From a virus, in IMG/VR virus record IMGVR_UViG_3300045988_144418, positions 37,631-101,630 of that record: a stretch of DNA of 64,000 nt, one strand, 5' to 3'. A program made the position numbers and the translations under genes. The notes beneath the pieces were generated by a model. The model worked only from the letters and a program-made list of their open reading frames with translations, made no database searches and was not told the DNA's origin. Positions 8,843-17,255 of this stretch are shown here, in pieces. Numbering within the stretch: the first letter of the stretch is position 1; every line of letters starts with the position of its first letter.

Positions 8843-10381
8843 ATGCAGACAAAGAAATTTGATGCGGTCTTGAGTCCGACATTTGTTGAAGAAATGCTTC
8901 GGCTCGCATATTCCAACAAGACATTCGCAGGGCTTGTGGTTGAGAATGTTAATGTAAGCAATTTTCCTCGTGAGCTTGGTGCGTGTAAGGCAATGCTCAA
9001 GGTACTGGCTGATAACTATCGTAATGGAGTATTTGCCACCTTGGGAATGGTTGAGATGGCCTTTCCGAAGAGTGATGAAGTAGCCAAGAAGATTTCTGAA
9101 ATTAAGAATATGCCTGTTCCTCCCTATGATGGGATGGTTAAGCAGTTGGAAACATTCATTCGTCGGCAGACATTTGTGGCTGTGCAGCATGAAGTGAGTG
9201 ATATGTATAATGAGGGTAAGCCTGACGAAGCGATGGACTTGTTGGGGCGCAGGATGTCTGAAATACTGTCCTTTTCTTTGAAGCAGGGTGCAAAGGGGAA
9301 ATTTTCCAGAATATATAGGGACTTTGTGCGTAACATAGCGATTGCACAGCAGAAGCAGGATGATGAGGTTAAGCGTCCAAAGATTCCTCTTGGCATCACG
9401 TCTTTGGATGATTTAACTGACGGTGGTGTTCCTCGGCAGGATACTGTTCTTTGGATTATGCGTTCCGGAGTGGGAAAATCCACGGCCTTGAAATATCATG
9501 CTTGGTACAATACGTCAATATCACATAATCACTGTCTTCACATCCAGCTGGAGGGTGGTGAGCAGGAGGCAGTGGTGAAGTTTGATCAGATGCTTGCACA
9601 GACAACCTATGCAAAGGTTTTGCGAGGTGATATTACGTCTGACACTCAGAAGCGTGTGCAGTCACTTATCAGAAGGGCTGTTACGGTGAATTCTGATATA
9701 GACGTGTATGCTTCCGAGGAGATGATGGAAATGACGATAGCTGACATTGTCAAGGTGGTGGAGGATTATTATCTGGAGTATGGCTATTATCCTGATCTGA
9801 TAACAGTTGATTCCATTGATCTTTTGCTTACAGGGCAGAACAGCAAGATAGACTATGATCCTAACTTTATTAAGTATAGACTACAGAAGTGTGCACAGCG
9901 GTTAAAGGATCTTGCCACGAAGTATGATTGTGTCGTGATGACAGCCACTCAGACCTGTGATGTTCCTATGGAACTATGGAACGATCCATCTCGTGTCATA
10001 ACACGTCAGCACACAGAGGGTGATAGAACACTGGTCAAGCCGTTTTCCTTTGTGTTTACAGGTAATGTAACCATTGAGGAGGGTGCTCAGAACGTTATGC
10101 GTATATTCTGTGATAAGTTTCGAAATTATCGAAATAACGGAATAATTGTGAAGATACCGACCAACTATGAGAACGGCTTCTTTTACGACCTAAAACGTTC
10201 CGTAAAGGAGGAACAGGTACTTGATATGAACGCTATGCTGAAGATGGATGGCGCTCCTACACGCAGAAGACGCACAAGTGATGGCAGACAGACGGAGACA
10301 AAGACGGTTGAGGTGTCAAGCGGTGTGTTCGTGACTCAGAATGTTGAGAAGAAGAAAGTGCCGCAGAAAAGGGGTGTCTGA
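8843..10381 (+). CDS. DnaB-like replicative helicase (RecA-fold C-terminal domain)
   Basis: IPLGITSLDDLTDGGVPRQDTVLWIMRSGVGKSTALKY matches the DnaB/gp4 C-terminal Walker-A context. A Walker-B-like LITVDSIDLL is also present. Confidence 0.7.
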   Translation: MQTKKFDAVLSPTFVEEMLRLAYSNKTFAGLVVENVNVSNFPRELGACKAMLKVLADNYRNGVFATLGMVEMAFPKSDEVAKKISEIKNMPVPPYDGMVKQLETFIRRQTFVAVQHEVSDMYNEGKPDEAMDLLGRRMSEILSFSLKQGAKGKFSRIYRDFVRNIAIAQQKQDDEVKRPKIPLGITSLDDLTDGGVPRQDTVLWIMRSGVGKSTALKYHAWYNTSISHNHCLHIQLEGGEQEAVVKFDQMLAQTTYAKVLRGDITSDTQKRVQSLIRRAVTVNSDIDVYASEEMMEMTIADIVKVVEDYYLEYGYYPDLITVDSIDLLLTGQNSKIDYDPNFIKYRLQKCAQRLKDLATKYDCVVMTATQTCDVPMELWNDPSRVITRQHTEGDRTLVKPFSFVFTGNVTIEEGAQNVMRIFCDKFRNYRNNGIIVKIPTNYENGFFYDLKRSVKEEQVLDMNAMLKMDGAPTRRRRTSDGRQTETKTVEVSSGVFVTQNVEKKKVPQKRGV

Positions 10382-11415
10382 TGAAGTACGATAAGGAGAA
10401 TATTATTGACGAGCTTGGGCTTGTTCCGTTCGGTTCTCAGGGGTGGTTATCGAACAAGGAGATGGTCTGTCCGTTTTGTGGTAAGTCCGGAAAATGGGGT
10501 GTTATATTTAATGATACTGGAGGGGCGACATTTCATTGCTGGAAGTGTCCACGTAAGACTTCTTTGTATGAATTTCTTAAAAAGATAGGTAGAACGGATC
10601 TTGCAAGGGTTACATACACGGCCAAGCCTGATGAGGTGTGCCCAAGGATAGGTGAGGAGCAGACGGAGGAATCACAGTGGATGACCTCCATGGAGTTGCA
10701 GCCTTTGGAGTTGCAGCCTGTTGCGCTTCCATTGCGACTGAAACCACTTGTGGGGGATGAGTATCTTGAAAGCAGGGGGTTCAATGACTATCACTATAGA
10801 CTATTTGAACCATCCTACACAAATACACCACTGGAGCCGAAGTTGAAAAACTATATTGTGTTTAAGATGAAGATGAACGGTGTGTGTGTGGCTTGGTGGG
10901 CGAGAAGTCGTTATTCAAAGGAATGGCATAAGGAGAATCTGGAACTTTATAAGCAGCATAAGGCTGAGCTTGTGCTTCGGTATAGGAACTCAGAAAGCAA
11001 TTTTCAGGACTTGCTTGGTGGTTATGATCAACTTGTTGAGGGTGTTACACAGACAGTGATTCTGGTGGAAGGCATTTTTGATATGATTAATATCACGAAC
11101 ATTCTTGGACTTGCTGATGTGAATGATGTTAAGTGCTGTTTTACATTCGGTAATAGCATAGGAAAGGGACAGATAGAGTCATTGTTGAGGAAAAAAGTTA
11201 GGAATATAGTACTTTTGTATGATGATGGGACAATAGACGAAAGTCGTGAAGCGGCCTTGCGGATGAGGGAACTGTTTGATACTGTGATGGTGGCGGCTAT
11301 ACGACGCAGAGGTGTTGATCCTGGAAACATAGACATAGACTATCTGATGGAGGTGTTGGAGTCAGCGTGTGATTCTCTAACATTCTCTTACAATAGGCTT
11401 GAAATGAAGATTTGA
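10381..11415 (+). CDS. DNA primase (zinc finger + TOPRIM)
   Basis: Zinc ribbon CPFCGKSGKWGV...FHCWKCP. TOPRIM-like VILVEGIFDM ... NIVLLYDDGT. Confidence 0.7.
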   Translation: MKYDKENIIDELGLVPFGSQGWLSNKEMVCPFCGKSGKWGVIFNDTGGATFHCWKCPRKTSLYEFLKKIGRTDLARVTYTAKPDEVCPRIGEEQTEESQWMTSMELQPLELQPVALPLRLKPLVGDEYLESRGFNDYHYRLFEPSYTNTPLEPKLKNYIVFKMKMNGVCVAWWARSRYSKEWHKENLELYKQHKAELVLRYRNSESNFQDLLGGYDQLVEGVTQTVILVEGIFDMINITNILGLADVNDVKCCFTFGNSIGKGQIESLLRKKVRNIVLLYDDGTIDESREAALRMRELFDTVMVAAIRRRGVDPGNIDIDYLMEVLESACDSLTFSYNRLEMKI

Positions 11416-11418
11416 GGT

Positions 11419-11877
11419 ATGAGCAAGGAAATGATTAGGTCTCAGAAGGAATTTATTCACAAGTTGGAAATGGAGTATCTTACACACAAGTTGAGATCAC
11501 TTGTGTATCGTAAGATGAAGTACATAAAGCTCTCCAGAGATATGGCTGTGAAGAAGAAGGAAAAGATTCAGGCACTCGGCATGAAGTTTGGCATTTCTAC
11601 AATGTTTGATACAGGTGTAGAGAAGTTCGTGAATGAGCATTTCTGGAATAAGTGTGGGCTTCCAAATTTTTCCTATAAGGATAGTGAGCAGAAGCGTGTG
11701 CAGGGTAATTATGACGCTTGGTATCTTCTCTATCGTGGGGTTGTGATAATGTATAATGGTGAGCCTTATACTGTTGTAAGCAACAACCCTTCGACAAGGA
11801 CAGTTCAGGTGCTTGATGGTTGTTTTGCAATGAGTTATGATGAGATATCTCTTGTGAACGATTATGACTGGGAATAA
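11419..11877 (+). CDS. hypothetical protein
   Basis: 152-aa ORF. No motif recognised. Confidence 0.45.
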   Translation: MSKEMIRSQKEFIHKLEMEYLTHKLRSLVYRKMKYIKLSRDMAVKKKEKIQALGMKFGISTMFDTGVEKFVNEHFWNKCGLPNFSYKDSEQKRVQGNYDAWYLLYRGVVIMYNGEPYTVVSNNPSTRTVQVLDGCFAMSYDEISLVNDYDWE

Positions 11878-11904
11878 CGTTTTACTAAAAAGACAAAATA
11901 AAAG

Positions 11905-12360
11905 ATGATTAAGGTAAGGATTTTTAATGAAAGTAAGTTTCTGGGGTCGGAGTATTTTCCAGAATATAAGAGTTTGGGTGCGTCAGGCGTGGATCTTAGG
12001 GCTGACATCGGTGAGGATATTGTGCTTCATCCAATGCAGCGAATGTTGATTTCAACAGGTCTGCGAATAGCTATTCCTCAGAATTATGAGGCACAGGTTC
12101 GCTCTCGTTCAGGGCTTACAGTGAAGAACGGTGTTATTGTTCTTTCTCCAGGTACCATAGATAGTGATTATAGAGGGGTTATTGGTGTTCCTTTGGCCAA
12201 TCTGGGTGATGAGGATTTTGTAATTCATAGAGGGGATTGTATTGCACAGCTTGTTTTTCAGAAAGTGGAAAGAGTTTGGTTTGAGGGTGTCAGCTCTATT
12301 GAAGCACTTGGTCTAACTGATCGCGGTGAAGGAGGCTTTGGTCATACAGGCGTGAAATAG
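11905..12360 (+). CDS. dut: dUTP diphosphatase (trimeric dUTPase)
   Basis: Canonical motifs GASGVDLRA, SRSGL, GTIDSDYRG, DRGEGGFGHTG. Confidence 0.9.
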   Translation: MIKVRIFNESKFLGSEYFPEYKSLGASGVDLRADIGEDIVLHPMQRMLISTGLRIAIPQNYEAQVRSRSGLTVKNGVIVLSPGTIDSDYRGVIGVPLANLGDEDFVIHRGDCIAQLVFQKVERVWFEGVSSIEALGLTDRGEGGFGHTGVK

Positions 12361-12379
12361 AAATTTTCAAGAATATTCT

Positions 12380-12409
12380 TTGGATATCTAAGATAAGTGA
12401 CTATATTTG
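12380..12409 (+). promoter_or_regulatory. conserved phage promoter, copy 1
   Basis: TTGGATATCTAAGATAAGTGAC-TATATTTG, with the leader ...aattaaatca... before the ATG at 12446. Confidence 0.6.
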
Positions 12410-12445
12410 CACTGTGAAATTTTAACAATTAAATCAAAAACGTTT

Positions 12446-13039
12446 ATGGAACAGAAAGAATTGTCCGTAAGGATGAAAATTCGTAAGTTTAAGAATGACG
12501 CTGCCAAGCTGTCAGAAATCATTGAGTCAGAGGCTTCCACCGAACTGGAAAAGAAAGTGGCTTCGGAGTATCTTGCCAAGTTGCAGGAACTCCCGCAGTC
12601 TGAACAGCCAGAAGCACCGCAAGCTCCGGAGGAGACGACACTTTTTCCTGAGGAAGAGGAGAAGTCAGCCCCTAAGAAGGAAGAGTCTATCAGTTCCGAG
12701 CTTACTCCTGAGGAAGTCGCTCGTCTTGATGCAGCGGAGAAGAAGTTCGATGAGCGTCAGGCCAGTCGTAAGACACCATCAAAGGGTGACAAGAATATGC
12801 GTGAGGAGCGTAAGAAGAAAAGTTCAACGGCTAATCTGCATGAGGGCAAACGTGAGAATCTTGAAGAATCCACGGAGGTTCCTGGTCTGAAGGTTGGTTC
12901 TACTGTAAAGGTGGGTAATGAGGAAGGCTCTGTCATTCGTGTCTATCGTAGCACCGACGGCAAGGAGAAGTGTATGGTCAAGATCGGAGACGGCAAGCCT
13001 GTCAAGAAGCGTGTTACTTCCGTGGAACTTGTAAAATAG
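12446..13039 (+). CDS. hypothetical Lys/Glu-rich protein with small beta-rich C-terminal domain
   Basis: The track start at 12407 is a TTG inside the promoter -7 box; first ATG is at 12446 (MEQKELSV). Low-complexity E/K/P middle. Confidence 0.5.
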   Translation: MEQKELSVRMKIRKFKNDAAKLSEIIESEASTELEKKVASEYLAKLQELPQSEQPEAPQAPEETTLFPEEEEKSAPKKEESISSELTPEEVARLDAAEKKFDERQASRKTPSKGDKNMREERKKKSSTANLHEGKRENLEESTEVPGLKVGSTVKVGNEEGSVIRVYRSTDGKEKCMVKIGDGKPVKKRVTSVELVK

Positions 13040-13048
13040 TCGGGATTT

Positions 13049-13783
13049 ATGGTTACGGATTCAGGAACCATAATTCTTATCAAGGGGGTCAGTGGAAGCG
13101 GTAAATCCACAAGGGTTTATTGCTTCCTTGATTTCCTGGAAAGCATTGGAATGAAACTGAAGCCATATCAGTTTGTGAATATACTTGGACAGACACAGGA
13201 GATAGGCTTGTATTCAGAGGAGTTGAATATGCTTTTTCTGGGAAAGTTCTATGACGACAATGGTGTTCGTAGGTGGCAGGGGTTGGATGCTGTTACAGGG
13301 CGATTGCACACGGCTGAGGGTCTTTCCTATTTCCTGAAGTGGGCTGGTCAGCGGAAGTTGAATGTTGTGCTGGAGGGGGCTGGAACGTCCGTGACGTGGC
13401 GATTGCGTCCGATGGAGATATGTGCCGAGTATGAGTATCTAAATATTCTCTATTTGGTCTATACGTTCAAACTGGAGCAGTATGATGACTATATCAGGAG
13501 AATAGAGTATCGCTCGGGCAAGGCTCCGAAAAGCGACGCTATGTGGCGGAAGCGCAAGGGGTTTGAATCAGACTATACTCAGACTGTTGCGGAAGCGAAG
13601 GACTTGAATGCAGCAGGAGCGGACATTGTCATCAAGTACAATCTTTTCGATGTTGAAGCATGGGATCTCGGTGTAAGCATTATGCAGTATTTCGGTCTTG
13701 ACGAGTTGTGCGATGAGTTCAAGCTGTTTGTGGAGGGTGGTGGTTATATTGGGCAGAATTCCTATGAAAACATTGGTAGATGA
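13049..13783 (+). CDS. P-loop kinase (candidate 5-hmdU DNA kinase-type enzyme)
   Basis: Walker A IKGVSGSGKST near the N-terminus. It overlaps the next gene by 4 nt. The function is inferred from context only. Confidence 0.5.
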   Translation: MVTDSGTIILIKGVSGSGKSTRVYCFLDFLESIGMKLKPYQFVNILGQTQEIGLYSEELNMLFLGKFYDDNGVRRWQGLDAVTGRLHTAEGLSYFLKWAGQRKLNVVLEGAGTSVTWRLRPMEICAEYEYLNILYLVYTFKLEQYDDYIRRIEYRSGKAPKSDAMWRKRKGFESDYTQTVAEAKDLNAAGADIVIKYNLFDVEAWDLGVSIMQYFGLDELCDEFKLFVEGGGYIGQNSYENIGR

Positions 13784-14793
13784 GTAAAATAGTTCCAAAT
13801 GACAATTTGACGTACCTCTTCTATTGGTGCTGTGAACGAATGAACATATTCTGGAAGCGGTATAATGGAGAGCAGTATCCATGGACTGATGATGAGATAT
13901 TACAGCAGTATAAGTTCACAAATGTGTATCGGGTGCTGGATAGGTCAAGTCAGTATATGCTTCGTAACGTTATCTATAATGGTAAGCAGTATTCTCCGGA
14001 GGATATGTTTTTTCGTATTTTACTTTATAAGCATTTTAATCTTCCTGACACGTGGGGTGCCCTGATTAAGGAGTTTGGTGATATTACATACGACACCGGA
14101 TGGGAGAACATTGCACGTTTTCTGGATGATAGAGGTAGACAGGACATCACCATCTATTCTAATGCCTTTATGTTGACAGGGTGGTTTTATTCTCTTCCGG
14201 AGTATGCTAATATTCGTGGGACTTCAAAACATCGTGGATATTTTGAGGTGTTTAAGCGTCGAATTTTTGATAATGGTAAGATTGATGCTTTTCTCAGTGC
14301 TGCAAGTTTTGAAGAGCTTTTTGGTATGTTTAAGGAGCTTGAACCATTTAGCGACTTCATGTCACAGCAGTATTGTCTTGACATGAATTATTCCCCTTTA
14401 TACAACTTTACTGAGAATGACTTTGTGGTTGTCGGCCCTGGAAGTAAAAGGGGGATTCAATTTGCATTTAAGGGGGATCATAGAGATGACGGTGAAGTTG
14501 TTATCAGGTGGATGCAGGAGCACTTTGAGGAACTGATGACAAAGTTCTGTCAGGATTCAGGTATGATTTGGAATCCATTGCCGTGGGAGCCAGTGCCTAC
14601 ACTGACGAACATTCAAAATTGTTTTTGTGAGCTATCAAAGTATGCTAAATGTATGGGTGTGCAGTTTAAGAAGAATACTAAAGGTAGGATGAAAAATCTT
14701 TATACTACACCAAAATCAGAAATTTCTTATATGTTTCCACGGAAATGGAATGTTAAGATGCCGTTAAAAGGGCAGATAGAAACTTATAAATAA
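13780..14793 (+). CDS. DNA base hypermodification-family protein (aGPT-Pplase / 5-hmdU-kinase helical-domain-like)
   Basis: The N-terminal pattern ERMNIFWKRYNGEQYPWTDDEILQQYKFTNVYRVLDRSSQ resembles, from memory, proteins annotated as putative DNA base hypermodification / nucleotide kinase domain proteins. Not verified by search. Confidence 0.4.
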   Translation: MSKIVPNDNLTYLFYWCCERMNIFWKRYNGEQYPWTDDEILQQYKFTNVYRVLDRSSQYMLRNVIYNGKQYSPEDMFFRILLYKHFNLPDTWGALIKEFGDITYDTGWENIARFLDDRGRQDITIYSNAFMLTGWFYSLPEYANIRGTSKHRGYFEVFKRRIFDNGKIDAFLSAASFEELFGMFKELEPFSDFMSQQYCLDMNYSPLYNFTENDFVVVGPGSKRGIQFAFKGDHRDDGEVVIRWMQEHFEELMTKFCQDSGMIWNPLPWEPVPTLTNIQNCFCELSKYAKCMGVQFKKNTKGRMKNLYTTPKSEISYMFPRKWNVKMPLKGQIETYK

Positions 14794-14802
14794 AAAACGA
14801 TT

Positions 14803-15930
14803 ATGGATTTTGTATTTGATAATCTTAGTCAGGCTTTTGTTGGGCTTTTAAGGGATCTTAAGGCTTTTGGTACTTGGACACAGAGGGGAACCAATTCAGC
14901 AGGAAATATGTGCTTGGAATTTCCAGAGCCAGTGCTTATAAAGATATATAATCCACTGAATAGATATGTTTTTGTTCCGGAGCGCAAGTGGAACAAGACG
15001 TTGGGGTGGATTGAATCACTCTGGATTGCCAGAGGTGACAACTCGCTTGAAATGCCGTCAGCCTATGTCAAGAACCTGTTGACGTTCTCCGATGACGGTG
15101 AGACAATGCGTGCAGGATACGGCCCGAGGATTCGTGCCTTTGGTGGTCATCTGTGGAAGAAAGGTGTTCGATTTGAAGAGGGTTCACCGCTATACTGGAT
15201 GAAGCAGCAGTATGATTCCAGATATGGGAATGGTACGGTTGCCGTTGTGGATCAGTTGAAATTTGTGATTGACAAATTTAAGCAGGATCCAACCACGAGG
15301 GAGGCTGTCATTACGATTCATGACCCTATGGCTGATGACTTCAGTGGCAAGGAGATTCTTAGAACGAAGGACACCCCTTGCACACGCTCCATTCACTTTA
15401 TGATCGTAGATGGCAAGATGAACTGTTACGTGGATATGAGATCTAATGATCTGTTCTGGGGCTTCAGTGCTGTCAATGTCTTCAATTTCACTTTGATGCA
15501 GGAGTATGTCGCCGCGATGGTGGGTGTGCCTGTGGGGGTATATTATCACAAAGTTGATAATTTGCACATGTACGAAGGATCTTTGCCTATGGCTAGGAAT
15601 ATTACTTCTATTTATGGAACAATGGCAGCAGTTGAAAAATGGTCTGACTTATATAGTTTTGATGAGGAATTAGATTGGCACGGTTATAAACATACATTTA
15701 CCACATTGGAGGTCTTTGACAATCTAATAGCGTTGCTATCTGAGTTTGAGCGTGGGATGCGTGGTGTCGATGATTTGCCGTACAGCAAGGATGAAGCTCT
15801 GGAAACAATGAACATGATGTTTGGGGGTGAGCCGATGTTTATGGACTGGGCAAAGGTTATCTATCGTAAGTGGTCAAAGGACACGACCGTGACATTTGAC
15901 AATCCGTATCTGACAAAGTTATTTGTCTGA
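14803..15930 (+). CDS. thymidylate synthase-family enzyme (ThyA-like; possible dUMP hydroxymethylase)
   Basis: Catalytic-Cys context KDTPCTRSIHF and MRSNDLFWGFSAVNVFNF (compare TS QRSxDxxLGxPFN). The 375-aa length includes a C-terminal extension beyond typical ThyA. Confidence 0.7.
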   Translation: MDFVFDNLSQAFVGLLRDLKAFGTWTQRGTNSAGNMCLEFPEPVLIKIYNPLNRYVFVPERKWNKTLGWIESLWIARGDNSLEMPSAYVKNLLTFSDDGETMRAGYGPRIRAFGGHLWKKGVRFEEGSPLYWMKQQYDSRYGNGTVAVVDQLKFVIDKFKQDPTTREAVITIHDPMADDFSGKEILRTKDTPCTRSIHFMIVDGKMNCYVDMRSNDLFWGFSAVNVFNFTLMQEYVAAMVGVPVGVYYHKVDNLHMYEGSLPMARNITSIYGTMAAVEKWSDLYSFDEELDWHGYKHTFTTLEVFDNLIALLSEFERGMRGVDDLPYSKDEALETMNMMFGGEPMFMDWAKVIYRKWSKDTTVTFDNPYLTKLFV

Positions 15931-16050
15931 AGTTACTTTGTAGAAACCATAAGAACAGCCGTGCAACCTCTGGTCGGGAAGCCTGTGATAGGTAAGGAGG
16001 AAGTTCGAGACTTCTCACGGCTGCAAGAACTAAATAAAAATGATTTCGTT

Positions 16051-16590
16051 ATGAACTACAAAAAGATTGACTATCTACTTCAGATGAAGCAGATACAGAG
16101 ACTTCCAAATGTCCCCCATCATAGAAGTTATAATATTCTTGAGCACAGCTTTGTAGTCGGTATGCTTTTCAGGTGGTTTGCTTCCGCCTGTGATGTCTCC
16201 TACGATATAAATGTGTGGGATAAGGTGCTTATGCACGACTATCTTGAAGCATTTACAGGGGATTTGAACTTTGTTGTTAAGAATTTGACAGAGAAGACAT
16301 CAAGTGCGTGGGCGACGATAGAGAAGGAGGTCTGTGATCATGACACTGTTTTGAATCATTATTCTGATGAAGCCATAAAGTCCGCCATGACGGAGGAGCA
16401 GCGCATTCTCTTTAAGGTGTGTGACTATCTTGATTTGTGGATTTTCTGCAAGCAGGAGGAGGCACTTGGTAATACCACGATTGGAAACAAGACCGTTATA
16501 GATAACTGTAAGAAGCTCATCTATGGTCTCTGTGGGCAGGATAGAAAGTGGTTTCCTATCTTTGATTTTATGTGCAAATATACAGCGTAG
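16051..16590 (+). CDS. HD-domain phosphohydrolase, YfbR-like 5'-deoxynucleotidase
   Basis: HHRSYNILEHSFVVG and LMHDYLEAFTGDLNFVVK match the YfbR-type H..HD..D pattern. The ATG at 16051 follows the aaaaatgatttcgttATG motif; the track start at 15961 is a GTG. Confidence 0.6.
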   Translation: MNYKKIDYLLQMKQIQRLPNVPHHRSYNILEHSFVVGMLFRWFASACDVSYDINVWDKVLMHDYLEAFTGDLNFVVKNLTEKTSSAWATIEKEVCDHDTVLNHYSDEAIKSAMTEEQRILFKVCDYLDLWIFCKQEEALGNTTIGNKTVIDNCKKLIYGLCGQDRKWFPIFDFMCKYTA

Positions 16591-16592
16591 CT

Positions 16593-17255
16593 ATGGATGA
16601 AAGAACCCCAGTTGAGATATATGCCTTTGTCGGGGTGATTGGCTCCGGCAAGAGCTATCGGCTTGAGCAGATGAAGAGAGAATACAATGGTGTCGGTCAG
16701 GTTGTCATTACCGCTGACTTTTCAGATGGTATTCGAGATCTAACACGTCAGCTTTTGGGGTATGGTGCTAACTTCGGTGATGTGAATTCACAGGAATATC
16801 GTGACTGGAAGGAGAACGTGGCCTGTGTGACAGTTCACAATGGAGCGGTGGTGAATTCTTTCACTGGACGTGATGTGTTGCGTAATGTGGGAGAGTCCAC
16901 GAAGTGTATTGCAGGTCAGAACGTGTGGGCGAGATATACGACACAGTCCTTATATTCACGCATAGCGTATCAGGCATTTCGCTCTGATTTATGTGTGAGT
17001 GGTGTTCGGGTGCTTATAGGGTCAGTGCGATTCAAGTGCGAGGCTCGGAGCATATTTGAGCTCTTTAGCGATGTAGCAGCCAATATGGATAGCTTTATGA
17101 ATCCGTCCTTGCACTTTATATTCTGCGACTATCACTCGTCGAGCTATGATGCGGCAAGTGGTCACGTCAGTGAGGCACTTGCACAGATCGTGTTGAATAC
17201 AGGCAAGTACAAGGATGGTGATGATATCACCGAACTGATAGACACAATGGTATGA
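16593..17255 (+). CDS. P-loop dNMP kinase-like protein
   Basis: N-terminal Walker A YAFVGVIGSGKSY. The ATG at 16593 is 2 nt after the upstream stop. Function assigned by analogy with phage dNMP kinases. Confidence 0.45.
   Translation: MDERTPVEIYAFVGVIGSGKSYRLEQMKREYNGVGQVVITADFSDGIRDLTRQLLGYGANFGDVNSQEYRDWKENVACVTVHNGAVVNSFTGRDVLRNVGESTKCIAGQNVWARYTTQSLYSRIAYQAFRSDLCVSGVRVLIGSVRFKCEARSIFELFSDVAANMDSFMNPSLHFIFCDYHSSSYDAASGHVSEALAQIVLNTGKYKDGDDITELIDTMV

Noticed and set aside
12495-12890. 131-aa alternative-frame ORF (Arg/Ser/Leu-rich) inside 12446..13039. The same applies to the overlapping frames at 22212..23093 inside 21662..23077.
   Set aside because: These are frame-shifted readings of low-complexity GA-rich coding sequence. 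The annotated frame has the proper start, promoter and terminator.
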